A DNA stretch of 64,000 bases from Mobula hypostoma (taxonomy: Eukaryota), in contig NC_086097.1 of assembly GCF_963921235.1 (NCBI RefSeq), positions 237,586,001-237,650,000 on the forward strand, given 5' to 3'. The translations under genes were made by a program, and so were the position numbers. The notes under the pieces were generated by a model. The model had not been told where the DNA came from. It was given only the letters and a program-made list of their open reading frames with translations, and ran no database searches. This document shows, piece after piece, positions 38,381-49,556 of this stretch; position 1 is the first letter of the stretch; every line of letters starts with the position of its first letter.

Positions 38381-38922
38381 TCTTGCAGCTTGAATCTTAA
38401 ATTCAGTGATTACTGGCTATAATTCAATACTACATATTGTTAGGGTTAGATTGTTAAAATTGTTGCAGAGTATCTAACCCAATGCTGGTCTTAAGGAATG
38501 ATTTATTTTGGTGTTTGCTAAAAGAATGTTATGCAGAGGAAATGCAGGAACGACTTTGTTGCGTGTGGTATCACAGTATTATCCGATACTATGAGCAGAT
38601 CCAAGTCCTTTGTAGCAATGAGTTTCAGGAAATAGGAATAATAATTCAGCACCTTTTATTCATTCATTGTGTATTCCAGATCACTAGTTTGATAAAATCA
38701 GGAATAAAATTAATGAACTTTCTACATGCTCTGTATCTTTGGTCTTAGAACATCAGCAGTCCATGGAAGCTGCTTGCATAATTTGACTCAATCTTATGCA
38801 TTTCCACTGCCAAGTATTATACTATTGAATTGGATAATGACAGAATAACATTTATCTGACTTCCCCTCTATAATTTTTGGAAACCTAGAACAGTCCGTAA
38901 ACAAAACTGGTTTTCTGAGTAT

Positions 38923-39054
38923 TCCTGACGAAGGGTCTCGGCCTGAAACGTCGACTGCGCCTCTTCCTATAGATGCTGCCTGGCCTGCTGCGTTCACCAG
39001 CAACTTTGATGTGTGTTGCTTGAATTTCCAGCATCTGCAGAATTCCTGTTGTTT
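38923..39054 (+). mobile_element. Very young minimal PLE terminal-repeat insertion starting at the hammerhead core
   Basis: One mismatch to the reverse complement of 19705-19836. Flanked by GTTTTCTGAGTATTCC at 38910-38925 and 39051-39066. Confidence 0.9.
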
Positions 39055-39799
39055 TCTGAGTATTCCATCACATTTCAATGAGAAAAGAACAGCAGATCCC
39101 ATAGAAATTCTGTCATTACATGGAGTTATGCAACGTGGGATCTGGCCATTCAGCCCATCATATCCATGCCAGCCAGTGGGAACTCATTGGTATCAATCCC
39201 ATCTTACATCACTTGGTCTATTGCCTTTGGTGCCTGGGCAATTTAAGTGCTCGTCGAGAACTTTGTTTCCACCGCACTCTCCGGGAGTGTATTCCAGACT
39301 CTCATCTCCTGGGTGTGAAGATCCCCTTCTAAATCTTTTCCTTTTTTCCTTAAATCACTGTTTTCTAGTGTTATCTATCTCTGCTATGGGGAATGGTTTC
39401 CTATAACACTCATAATTCTATAAATCTTGATCATTTCCCTCATAATCTTCTCTGCTTCAGGGGGAAGAAATCCAACATCTCTAGTCTCCCTTTAACTAAA
39501 CTGCTCCAACCCAGGCACCATTCTGATGAATATCTTCTGCACATCTTTAGCACTATCATATTTTCTCCATAGTGTGGTAGCGAGAATGCATCCAGTACTC
39601 CAGATGAAATGTGACTAGTGTTTTAAACCATCGGAAATATACCTTCCTCCTTTGTATTCAGTGTCCCACGGAATATGAAGACTGGTATCCCACATGCATC
39701 CTTAATAATGTATTCTGCCTGTGCTGTCATCTTCTAAAATTTTTTCGTCTTTGAATCCTTAATACTCCCCTGCAATCCAACCATTATAGTGTAAAAAAA

Positions 39800-40120
39800 T
39801 CTTCCCCCCTTCTTCTATTCCCCAATCTGACCTCTCACCTTTTCTCGCCTCTCTATAACCTCCCCCTAGGTCCCTTCCTCCTTGCCTTTCTCCAATGGTC
39901 CACTCTCCACTCCTATGAGGTTCCTTTTTCTTCAACCCACTAGGGTTCACCTATCACCTTCTTGCTCATCTCCTTCCCTTCTCCCCACCTTTTAATTCTG
40001 GTACTTTCCCCCTTCATCTCTAGTGCTGAAGAAAGGTGTTGGCCCAAAATGTTGACTGTTTATTCACTTCCACAGATGCTGCCTGACCAGCTAAGTTCTT
40101 CCAGCATTTTGTGTGTGTTA
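39800..40120 (+). mobile_element. Old PLE 3' end
   Basis: ctgaagaaaggtgttggcccaaaatgttgactg...ttccagcattttgtgtgtgtt. Confidence 0.65.
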
Positions 40121-40639
40121 TTATGGTATATGCCCTGGCCTCATTGGTAGTATCAAAATGGTTCACTTTACATTTATCTGGATAAAAGTTGATATGGATA
40201 TCTCAGCCATTTTCACCAACACATTAGTATCACCTTGTAGCTTCAAACTACCTGCCACACCTTCAACAGTTCACCAGTCTTAGAGTCATCTGCAGACATA
40301 TCGATTATAGCCTCCTGCATGTATATCCAGATCATTCACATACATTAGAGACCACAATGGTGGCAGCACCAGTCCTGTGGAACATCATGAGTTACTGGCA
40401 TCCAATCTCATAATGAAATTTCTGCCATTACTGCCTGTATCTATTGCCAAACCAACTTTAGATCCACTTTAACAACTTTTCCTGGATCCTGTGAGCCCTG
40501 AATTTTTCAGATTTAGATTTATTTATCAAATATACATTGAAACTTACAGTGAATTATATCGGTTACATGAACAACCTAAGGATGTGCTGGGGACAGGCCT
40601 AAGTGTCGCCCCGCATTCCAGCGCTAAAACAGCACGCCC

Positions 40640-41235
40640 ACACCGATGGCCTTGAATGGAAAATACTTAAAAAAGTAGTGGATACGGCTCAGTCCATCAT
40701 GGGTAAAGACCTCCACACAACTGAGCACATCTACATGAAATGCAGGAAGGTAGCATCCATCCTCAGGGCACTTCTACCCCTCCACCACACCATCACCCAG
40801 GACTTGCTCTCTTCTCACTGCTGCCACCAGAAAGAAGGTGCAGGACTCTCAGGACACACATCACCAGGTTCAGGAACAGTTATTACCCCTTAACTATCCG
40901 GCTCTTGAACCAAAGGGGATAACATCACTGAACTTCATTTGCTCATCACTGAAATGTTCCCACAACCTATGGACTCACTTTTAAGGACTCTTCATTTCAT
41001 GTTTTCAATACTTATTGCTTATTTATTTATTATTATCATTTCATTCTTTTTTTATTTGCACAGTGTGTTGTCTTTTGTACACTGGTTGGAAGCCCAGGTT
41101 GGTGCGGTCTTTCAATGATTATATTATAGTTATTATTTAATAGATTTATTGAGTATGCCCACAAGAAAATGAATCTCATGATTGTATATGGAGATATCTA
41201 TGTACTTGGATAATAAATTTACTTTGAACTTTGAA
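40640..41235 (+). mobile_element. Rex1/Babar 3' end
   Basis: LFSLLPPERRCRTLRTHITRFRNSYYPLTIRLLN and tail aataaatttactttgaactttgaa. Confidence 0.8.
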
Positions 41236-41714
41236 CCTTCTTCAGAACTGAGAAGTCAAAAGAAGCATGTTTGGGGAGAGGGTGATAGCTCTGGCAGAGT
41301 TAGTGAACGTAACCCTAACTCATACCATGCTGTATAACCTCCTGACTCTATGAATGTAGGCATATTTCTCTGCTGCTAGATATGGACTCCAGCATTGTTA
41401 CATATGTAGGGAACAGCTTGGAGTTAACACAGTAGTATCTTGTTGAATACTTTGAAACTACTGACAGATATTTAAGATGTAATTTTAAATGTACTTGTTC
41501 AGCAGGAAGCTGGTAGATCTGAATTTACTGGCTTTTACATAGCATAGATTTTAACGGAATGTGAACAGGACCTTGTTGTAAAACTGTCAGACTAACTGAT
41601 TTACTTTCAGCTACAACTACTAGATTGTGACTGCCCCCCCAATACATTAAGTATTTAGTGCCAGAGTTTACAAGAAAAATGGTAGCTAACCTGCTTTGAA
41701 AGAGCAACAATTAT

Positions 41715-42036
41715 ACCAGTGCCCTAGAAGAACAGTGTGAGCTGCCTTAATGACTATTGTCAAATCGCACTCATATCTATGGTGAAGAAGTGCTCTGAGA
41801 GGTTAGTTATGACTAGAATTAACTCCTGCCTCTGTGATCTGGGCCCACTGCAATTTGCCAATCACCACAATAGATCTATGGCAAATGTGATCTCATCAGC
41901 CCTCCGCACGGCCTTGTATCACCTGGACAACCCAAATACCTATGTCAGGATGCTGTTTATTGAATACAGCTCAGTGTTTAACACCATTGTTCCGACAATT
42001 CTGCTTGAAAAGCTCCAGAATCTGGGCCTCTTCACC
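41715..42036 (+). mobile_element. Rex1/Babar RT internal fragment
   Basis: CLNDYCQIALISMVKKCSERLV...LGPLQFA...TYVRMLFIEYSSVFNTIVP. Confidence 0.8.
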
Positions 42037-42114
42037 TAAATGAAGCCAGTTCTCAACCTGGGACTCTGCAGGTTCAGTTAGGATGTAGCAGTTCAAATAA
42101 AAGTGATTTTAAAG

Positions 42115-42430
42115 ATTTAAAAATCTACAGATTAGCATTATTTGTCATGGGTACATTGAAGCATTGGAACATACAGTGAAATGTGTTGTTTGCCTCAATG
42201 ACCAACACAGCCTGAGATGTGCTGGGGTCAGCCTGCAAGTGTTACCACACTTTCAGCCCCAACATAGCATCCTCATGGCTTACTAACCCTAATCAGTAAC
42301 GTGAGAGAAAATTGGAGCATCTGGAAGGAAACTCATGTGGTCATGAGGAGAACGTGCAAACTCTTTCCAGACAGTGGATCGCAATACTCTGATTGCTGGT
42401 GCTGTATAGCGATAGCACTGACTGCCACAA
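42115..42430 (-). mobile_element. V-SINE
   Basis: Same tail and V-domain as the other copies. Confidence 0.6.
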
Positions 42431-42454
42431 AACCGAGCCATCCTACAATGGCGA

Positions 42455-42820
42455 AACAGAGACACCTCTTTCACCCTTATTAGGGAGAGAGAGAGATCCT
42501 GTGGTATGTCAAGTACTGGGTGAACGAGTAGTCTTTGAGGTACTGCAAGTCTGTGTCTTTGCTGATACCTTGCTGCATGCTTGAGTGCTCAGTGGGGGGG
42601 TGTGCCGATGCTGTTTTTTTGTTGGTGGGGGAGGGGGATTGTTGCTTTGCTGCTGCTTATGCATGGGAGGGGGAGCTGAGGGAGTGGCTTTGGAGTTCTA
42701 ATATTTAACTGTTATTCATTCTTTGGGGGCACTCCTCTGCTTTTGTGGGTGGTTGCGAAGAAAAAGTATTTCAGGATGTATATTGTATTCATTTCTCTGA
42801 CATTAAATGTACTTTTGAAA
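42455..42820 (+). repeat. Unclassified interspersed repeat (second copy at 48725-49170)
   Basis: Shared ccttattagggagagaga...ctgcaagtctgtg...atttaactg.cattcatt...tctctgacatt. Confidence 0.7.
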
Positions 42821-43177
42821 CCTATCTTGTGAAGAGCTACTTCTCTGACTGAAGCCATGCTTGCTTGCCGAAATGAAATTATAGTAAATAATGTCATATA
42901 GGAAGCGTATTGCATTGACCTCACTGAGCACGTCTGCTGCCCTCTGCATTAAGCTGCTACGTAGATAGAAGACCCAAAAGAAAAGCAGTTAATCTCATCG
43001 ACCATGTAGGATATATGACTATGCATTAGAATTTCAAGGCTTGAAAGTATTTACATTGTATAAGGATAAATAAAGTAGCATACACATTGCCCTTTGTCAA
43101 GAAAGACATATTAAAATCAGCAATTCACAGAAAACAAACTCTTGTTCTTTGGCTGGTCCCCTGCTACAGTATCTATT

Positions 43178-43870
43178 AGAACATAGAACATAGAAGAGTA
43201 CAGCACAGGAACAGGCCATTCAGCCCATAATGTTTTGTTGAACCAGTTTAAAAGCAAATCAAACACCCAAACACTAATCCCTCCTACCTACACAATGTCC
43301 ATATCCCTCTATCATCCTTACATCTATGTGCCTATCTAAACATCCTTTAAAAGCCTCTAATGTATTTGCCTCTACCACTGTACCAGATGGCACACTCCGA
43401 GAATCGACCACTCTCTGAGTGAAAACCCCTCACATCCCCCTTGAACCCACCACCTCTCATCTTCAGTGCATGGCCTCTGGTGTTAGACATTTCAACCCTG
43501 GAAAACATATACTTTCTGTCCAGTCTATGCCTCTCAATCTTATAAACCTCTATCGGGATCACCCCTTAGCCTCTGACGCTCCAGAGAAAACAACCCAAGT
43601 TTATCCAGCCTCTCACGATAGCACATGCCCACAAAACCAGGCAGCATCCTGGTGAACCTCTCCTGCACCCTCTCCAAAGCCTCAACATCCTTCCTGCGGT
43701 TGGCTGATGAGAACTGTTCACAATACGACAGATGTGGCCTTACCAGAGTTTTATAGAGCTGCAACATAGCCTCTCGACCTTTGAAGTCAACACCTTGACT
43801 AATAAAAGCAAATATTCCATAAGCCTTTTTAACCACATAATGACCTACAGAGCAACTTTAAAGGAGCTGT
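43178..43870 (-). mobile_element. CR1 3' part
   Basis: LVRPHLSYCEQF...LERVQERFTRMLPG and (TTCTATG)n tail. Confidence 0.85.
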
Positions 43871-44609
43871 GAGACTTAATCCACGAGTGTAATAGAACGG
43901 ACCAAATAGAATTTGTGCTCACTGATGGCCCACTCTACCAATATGGGCCAAGCAGAAGAATTCAGACAGATTATGGGTCACAGGGAGATAGATTGTGCAC
44001 AAAAGATAGATTGTGCACAAGAGTTTCATATCAGGAGTTGATCAGGAGTGGACATCTTCAAACAGGTGGTGCCTGAATGTCTTAAGATCAACACTGCTAA
44101 CAGAACCAACCAGGCCTCCAAAATGGATGAATCATCTTTGAAGGTTGCTGCCAAGTGCATTTACATGCAGCTCCCTGTAAAGGTTTTAAAAATTAAATTG
44201 GGTTTTGTTTTCAGCAGAATAAAATGCTAATGGATTTTTAAAGTTTTAGATTTCTTCAAGAAATGGTCAGAGTTTTTCTTCTTTTAAGAAAAAGTCTCTG
44301 ATCCGAGACTTCCCCACCATAGGAAACATCCTCTCCGCATACACTTTAGCAAAGACTTTCAACATTAAATAGGTTTCAATAAGATCACACCCCATTCTTC
44401 TAATTTCCAGTGAGTAAAGGCCCAGAGCCATCAGTTACTCCTCATAAGATAGGCCTTTAACTGCCAGAATCATTCTCATGAACCTCCTCTGGACTCTTTC
44501 TAATGTCAACACATCCTTTCTTAATTAAGGGGCCCAAACTGTTCACAATATTCCAAGTGATGTGTCACTAGCGTCTTATAAAGCCTCAGCGTTACATCCT
44601 TGCTTTATT

Positions 44610-45365
44610 GCATTGAATTGACTTTATTTCTTACAACCTTCACACACAGGAGGAGTAAAAATCTTTACGTTATGTCTCCAAATAAATGTGCAACGTGCAA
44701 TCATAGTAATTTATAATAATTTATAATAAATAGAACAGTAAATGCAATATAGAGTACACTCAAATCAGTGTGAGTTAATCAGTCTGATGTCCTGGTGGAA
44801 GAAGCTGTTCCAGAGCCTGTTGGTCCTGGCTTTTATGCTGCGGTACCGCTTCCCGGATGGTAGCAGCTGGAATAGATGGTGGTTGGGGTGACTCGGGTAC
44901 CCAGTGATCCTTCAGGGCCCTTTTCTCTTACCTGTCATTGTAAATGTCCTGAACCAAGGGAAGTTCACAACTACAGATGCGCTGGGCTGTCCGCACCACT
45001 CTCTGCAGAATCCTGCGATTAAGGGAGGTACGGTTCCCATACCAGGCAGTGATGCAGCCAGTCAGGATACTCTCAATTGTGCCCCTGTAGAAAGTTCTTA
45101 GGATTTGGGGGCCCATACCAAACTTCCTCAACTGTTTGAGGTGAAAGAGGTGCTGTTGTGCCTTTTTCACTACACAGCTGGTGTGTACAGACCACGTGAG
45201 GTCCTCGGTGATGTGGATGCTGAGGAACTTGAAGCTGCTTACCCTCTCAACCCCAGGTTCATTGGTGTTAATAGGGGCTATCCCATCTCCATTCCTCCTG
45301 TAATCCACAACCAGTTCCTTTGTTTTTGCGACAGTGAGGGAGAGGTTGTTTCTTGACACCACTGT
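44610..45365 (-). mobile_element. Rex1/Babar LINE 3' part
   Basis: 144-aa open frame NNLSLTVAKTKELVVDYR...KKAQQHLFHL...ESILTGCITAWYG. Confidence 0.88.
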
Positions 45366-45385
45366 GATTTCTTCCCTGTATTTCC

Positions 45386-46528
45386 TGTTATGTACCCCGT
45401 AACTGGGTTGCCAAACCAGCAGAAATGGATCACTCAGTTGGAGTCTGGTCTAAGGGATTATTAATAACACATGTAAAAGGAACAGGAAATGTGATGTCTG
45501 ACTGTCTGCCAGGTGTTGACAACTTCAAATTCGCTGTATTAGCCAAATAGCTGATAAAGATGTATATTTGTGTGTATCAAATAATGTATTCATGTTTGTA
45601 ATTTTTACCCCCGTAAAAATCCTTAAAGGGGGGGAAGTGTGACAAGAATACACATAGATTAAGATGTTAGCTGTCCTGGGCTGGCACCAGTGGGATCAGC
45701 AGTTGGTCTGCCACCTGTCTTCAGGAGAAAGAGAGATAAGGAAAACAATGGAGCAGCATTTGGAGATGTTAATGAAGGGACGGGAGAGTCTAACGGAAGG
45801 AGAGCTGTCAAGAGCGGCTCACCCTTTGAACCCTGAACTGTTTGAAGTGATGGACAGGTGATACCCCAGCAGGGGGATAAAAAGGGACAGGTTCGCTAAG
45901 GCAAGACACACGACACCCCGAGGTAATGAGACCCTGGAAGCGGTGCGTCTCTCACAAGTCGGTGGGAAGTTTTGGAAGGCCGGTTGTGGGACCAGGCCAT
46001 AGACGCACAGGGTGGAAAGGCACGATCGGCGGGAACCTGGTGTGTGTCCACCCTTGCCTGGGTGCCGGGTTCACTGCAGGGAAACGATCGTATCTGGAAA
46101 CGGAGGGGTCACAGTCGGTGACCTCAGATGACATCACAAAGGACTCACCCGAAAGCTGACTGCGAAGGTCTGTGTGTGGAAGCCGTTTGAATATTCATTC
46201 GTTTTTGCTCTCTCTCTCCTTCCTCCCACTGTCCATCGCCACGGCAGCGATTACTGCGAACTGAACTGAACTAAATTGAACTGAACTTTGCGTCACTTTG
46301 AAACTGGTCATTTACCCCTAGACAATGATAGAGCTTGATTGATCCTGTTATCTTAATTCTGTGTACATGTATGTTTATCATTGCTGAACTGTTGCATTCA
46401 TTATCCTTTTGATTAGAGTACTGTGTTGCTTGTTTCTTTAATAAAACTTTCTTAGTTCTAGTAATCCAGACTCCAACTGAGTGATCCATTTCTGCTGGTT
46501 TGGCAACCCAGTTACGGGGTACGTAACA
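45386..46528 (+). mobile_element. LTR-retrotransposon derivative: inverted U5 end + internal 3' region + PPT + complete LTR, with 4-bp TSD
   Basis: 63-bp inverted arms at 45386-45448 and 46466-46528 (1 mismatch). PPT AAAGGGGGGGAAG at 45625-45637, LTR TGTGAC(45638)...GTAACA(46528), TSD TTCC. Confidence 0.85.
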
Positions 46529-47632
46529 TTCCGTCCTCCCAAAATGAATAACATTGCATTTATCTTCCTCACCACCAACTCAACCTGTAAATTAATCTTC
46601 AGGGAATCCTGTACCAGGGCTCCCAAGTCCTCAGATTGTAGAATTTTTTCTCCATTTAGAAAAAAGTATACTTTTAAATTTCTTCTACCTAGGTGCATGA
46701 CCATACATTTGCCCACACTGTATTTCATCTGCCATTTATTTGCCCATTCTCCTAATCTGAACAAGTACTTCTGCAGCCTTCCTGCTTTCTCAACACTACC
46801 TGCCCCTCCATATATCTTCATATCATCAGCAAACGTGGCCACAGTGCCATCAATTCTGTCATCCAAATCATTTATACTCAACCTAAAAAATAACGGTCCA
46901 ACACCGACAGCTGCAGAACACCACTAGCCATCGGCAGCCAATCAGGAAATATTCCCTGTATTGCCGCTCTTTGCCTCCTGCTTATTTTCTTAGAGAGGAG
47001 GTCGAGGAGACTGAAGACACGCCATCAATATTTAAGGAGCAGTTTCTCCCATTCATGAACCAACCCATGAACTCTACCTGACTACTTTTCCTCTCTTTTT
47101 GCACCACTTATTTAATTTATACTGTATACTTCTTATGAAAATTAATATTACGTTTCTGTATCGCACTGCACTGCTGCTACACAACATATGTCAGTGACAG
47201 TAAACCTGCTCCTGCTTGAACTTTAAGTATAGTAAGTCAAAACAAAGTACAGGCAGTTCCACATGACAATGGAGTTCCATTCCTGAGAACTCTTTGTAAT
47301 GTGAACAGTTCCTAAATTGGAAATGAACAAAAAAAAATAGTATCGGGGACGGGATCTCAGAAACAGCCATGGTGAGGGTACTTATAAACATGGAAAGCGA
47401 GATCTCCAGCTGCCATCATTGACTCAGTGACTAACTTTTGCATCAAATGCAAATTTACTAATCAGATTACATATATTTTCATTCAAATCATGAACATATA
47501 GTTCAAACAACAAAGATCCCAGCACTGATGCTTACAGAACACTAGATACAGAACTCCGGTCAGATAAACACAGTTCTACCACTAGCTATCTTGTATGACC
47601 AAGCCAACTTTGGATCCAGTTTATCAACTGGA

Positions 47633-47932
47633 TGGCACGATAGTGCAGTAGTTAACACAATGCTCCACAGTACCAGCAACCCGGGTTCATTTACCGCTGC
47701 TTGTACATACAAAAAAACTGGAACTGAACAAATGAGAAGAAGTGACTACGTGGGCTTTGCGGGTGCTCCGGTTTCCTCTCACCATCCAAAGATGTACCAG
47801 TTGGTAGGGTAATTGATCATTGTAAATTGTCCTGTGATTAGGCTGGGATTAAATCAAAGGATTGCTGGGTGGTGCGGCTCGAAAGGCCGGAAGGGCCTAT
47901 TCCGCTGCGTATCTCAATAAAATAAATAAATT
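47633..47932 (+). mobile_element. V-SINE
   Basis: B-box ccgggttcatttacc, gggtgctccggtttcctc, (AAAT)n tail. Confidence 0.7.
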
Positions 47933-48724
47933 AATAGGCTCTTCTGGACCAGCCTCTTACGAAGGACCTTGTCAAATACTGAAGTCCATGCTGACAATAT
48001 TCACGACTCTGTCCTCATCAATTATCTTTTTCACTTCCACAAAATCTGTGTTTGTGGCAATTTTATTGCTGGTGCAAATATTGGAGCAGATATTCAGTAT
48101 GTAATAATCAAAACTATTATAAAATAATTTAAATGAATGGCCACTTAAACACCACTTTGAGGGATTAGTAAAAATCAGCAGTCGAGTGTTACCTTTGAGT
48201 ATTTCAGTAGAGTAAACTGAAGTGCATTAACGCTGATAGAATCCATGACGTTGAATTCATATAATTCAATTTTATTGTGGTTATCTAATCTGCATCACCA
48301 GAAAGAAAATGTTGCAGCTTTTGTATTTGTACTGAACAACAATATATGCCAGGAAAAAGGCCTACTATGTTCAAATTAATCAGGCCCGCAAGTCCTGGGC
48401 AGGAAAGAGCATTATGATGATGTTTATTTATTTACTACTATTATTTCTTTTTTCCCTTTTGTATTTGCAGTTTGTTGTCTTTTATACACTTGTCCGTCCT
48501 GTTGGGGGCGGTCTTTCATTAATTCTATTATGGTTATTGGATTTACAGATATAGGTGTAGACAACGTCAGACATGTTGCAAGGTAAGATTTATTTTGCAT
48601 TGATTATTATTTAATCAAGCAAGTCAACTTTCTGAAGTTTATTTAGCTTCCAGAACAGCAGATTTTCTGTATTTTATGAAACCAATTTGTTTGCTGTTAA
48701 CTGCCATATTCCTTTAGTTTAAAA

Positions 48725-49170
48725 CAGTCCTGAGCTCTCTGGGCGCAGAGCCTGAAAAAAGTGACGCAACAGACTTTTAACACCATAAGTCAGCGACTTG
48801 TTTGTTATGTCTCCCTTCTCGCTGTGGAACGGGGGCATCTCTTTTTCCCTTATTAGGGAGAGAGAAAGCCTGTGGTACGTCGAATTACCGGGTGAACAAG
48901 TAGAATTTGGGTTACTGCAAGTCTGTGCTTTTATTGATGCTTTGCTGCACGCTTGAGTGTTCGGTGAAGGGCACTTAACCGTTTTTCTGCTGGTGGGGGA
49001 GGGGACTCATTGCTTTGCAGCACTTGTGCGTGGGAGAGGGGAGCAGGGGGGTGCTTTGGGGTCCTAACATTTAACTGTCATTCATTCATTCGGGCACTCC
49101 CCTGTTCTTTGTGGACGTTTGCAAAGAAAAAGAATTTAAGGATGTATATTGCATACATTCCTCTGACATT
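48725..49170 (+). repeat. Unclassified interspersed repeat (copy of 42455-42820)
   Basis: Visual alignment to the 42455 copy. Confidence 0.7.
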
Positions 49171-49556
49171 TTGTCACATGAAATCTGATGCTAAGCTGCT
49201 TAAGTGCACATTATGCCAGATAACCAAAATCTTGGTCAAATGGCTGTATTAAGGAACAATGTGCGTGAAAGTGAGGTAAAGGGGAAGGGACGTCTAGGGT
49301 AAATGCCAAATTTTCAGGCCTTCAAAGCAAAAGCTTGATGCTATTAAAGATCCAAACATCACAAGATTTCAACTATTTTCCCCACCAGTATTTCTTGTAG
49401 AAAATGCTTGAATCAATTATTAAGTAAGTAAGCAACGTTTGGAAAATAATAGTAGGATCAGGAACCAACAACAAAGATCTATGAAAGAGAAATTATGTTG
49501 GACAAATCTGTCAATTTTGCTGTAATGAGAAGAACAGAAAATGGGGAACCATGAGT

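Larger units (their letters stand above)
44300..46980 (-). mobile_element. CR1 fragment split into 44300-44608 and 46529-46980 by nested Rex1 and LTR-derived insertions
   Basis: CR1 sequence catccttgctttat...(gap)...ttccgtcctcccaaaatgaataacattgcatt resumes after the inserts. FADDMKI motif. Confidence 0.7.

Noticed and set aside
43987..44020. Short tandem duplication gatagattgtgcacaa
   Set aside because: Ordinary slippage duplication with no further structure.
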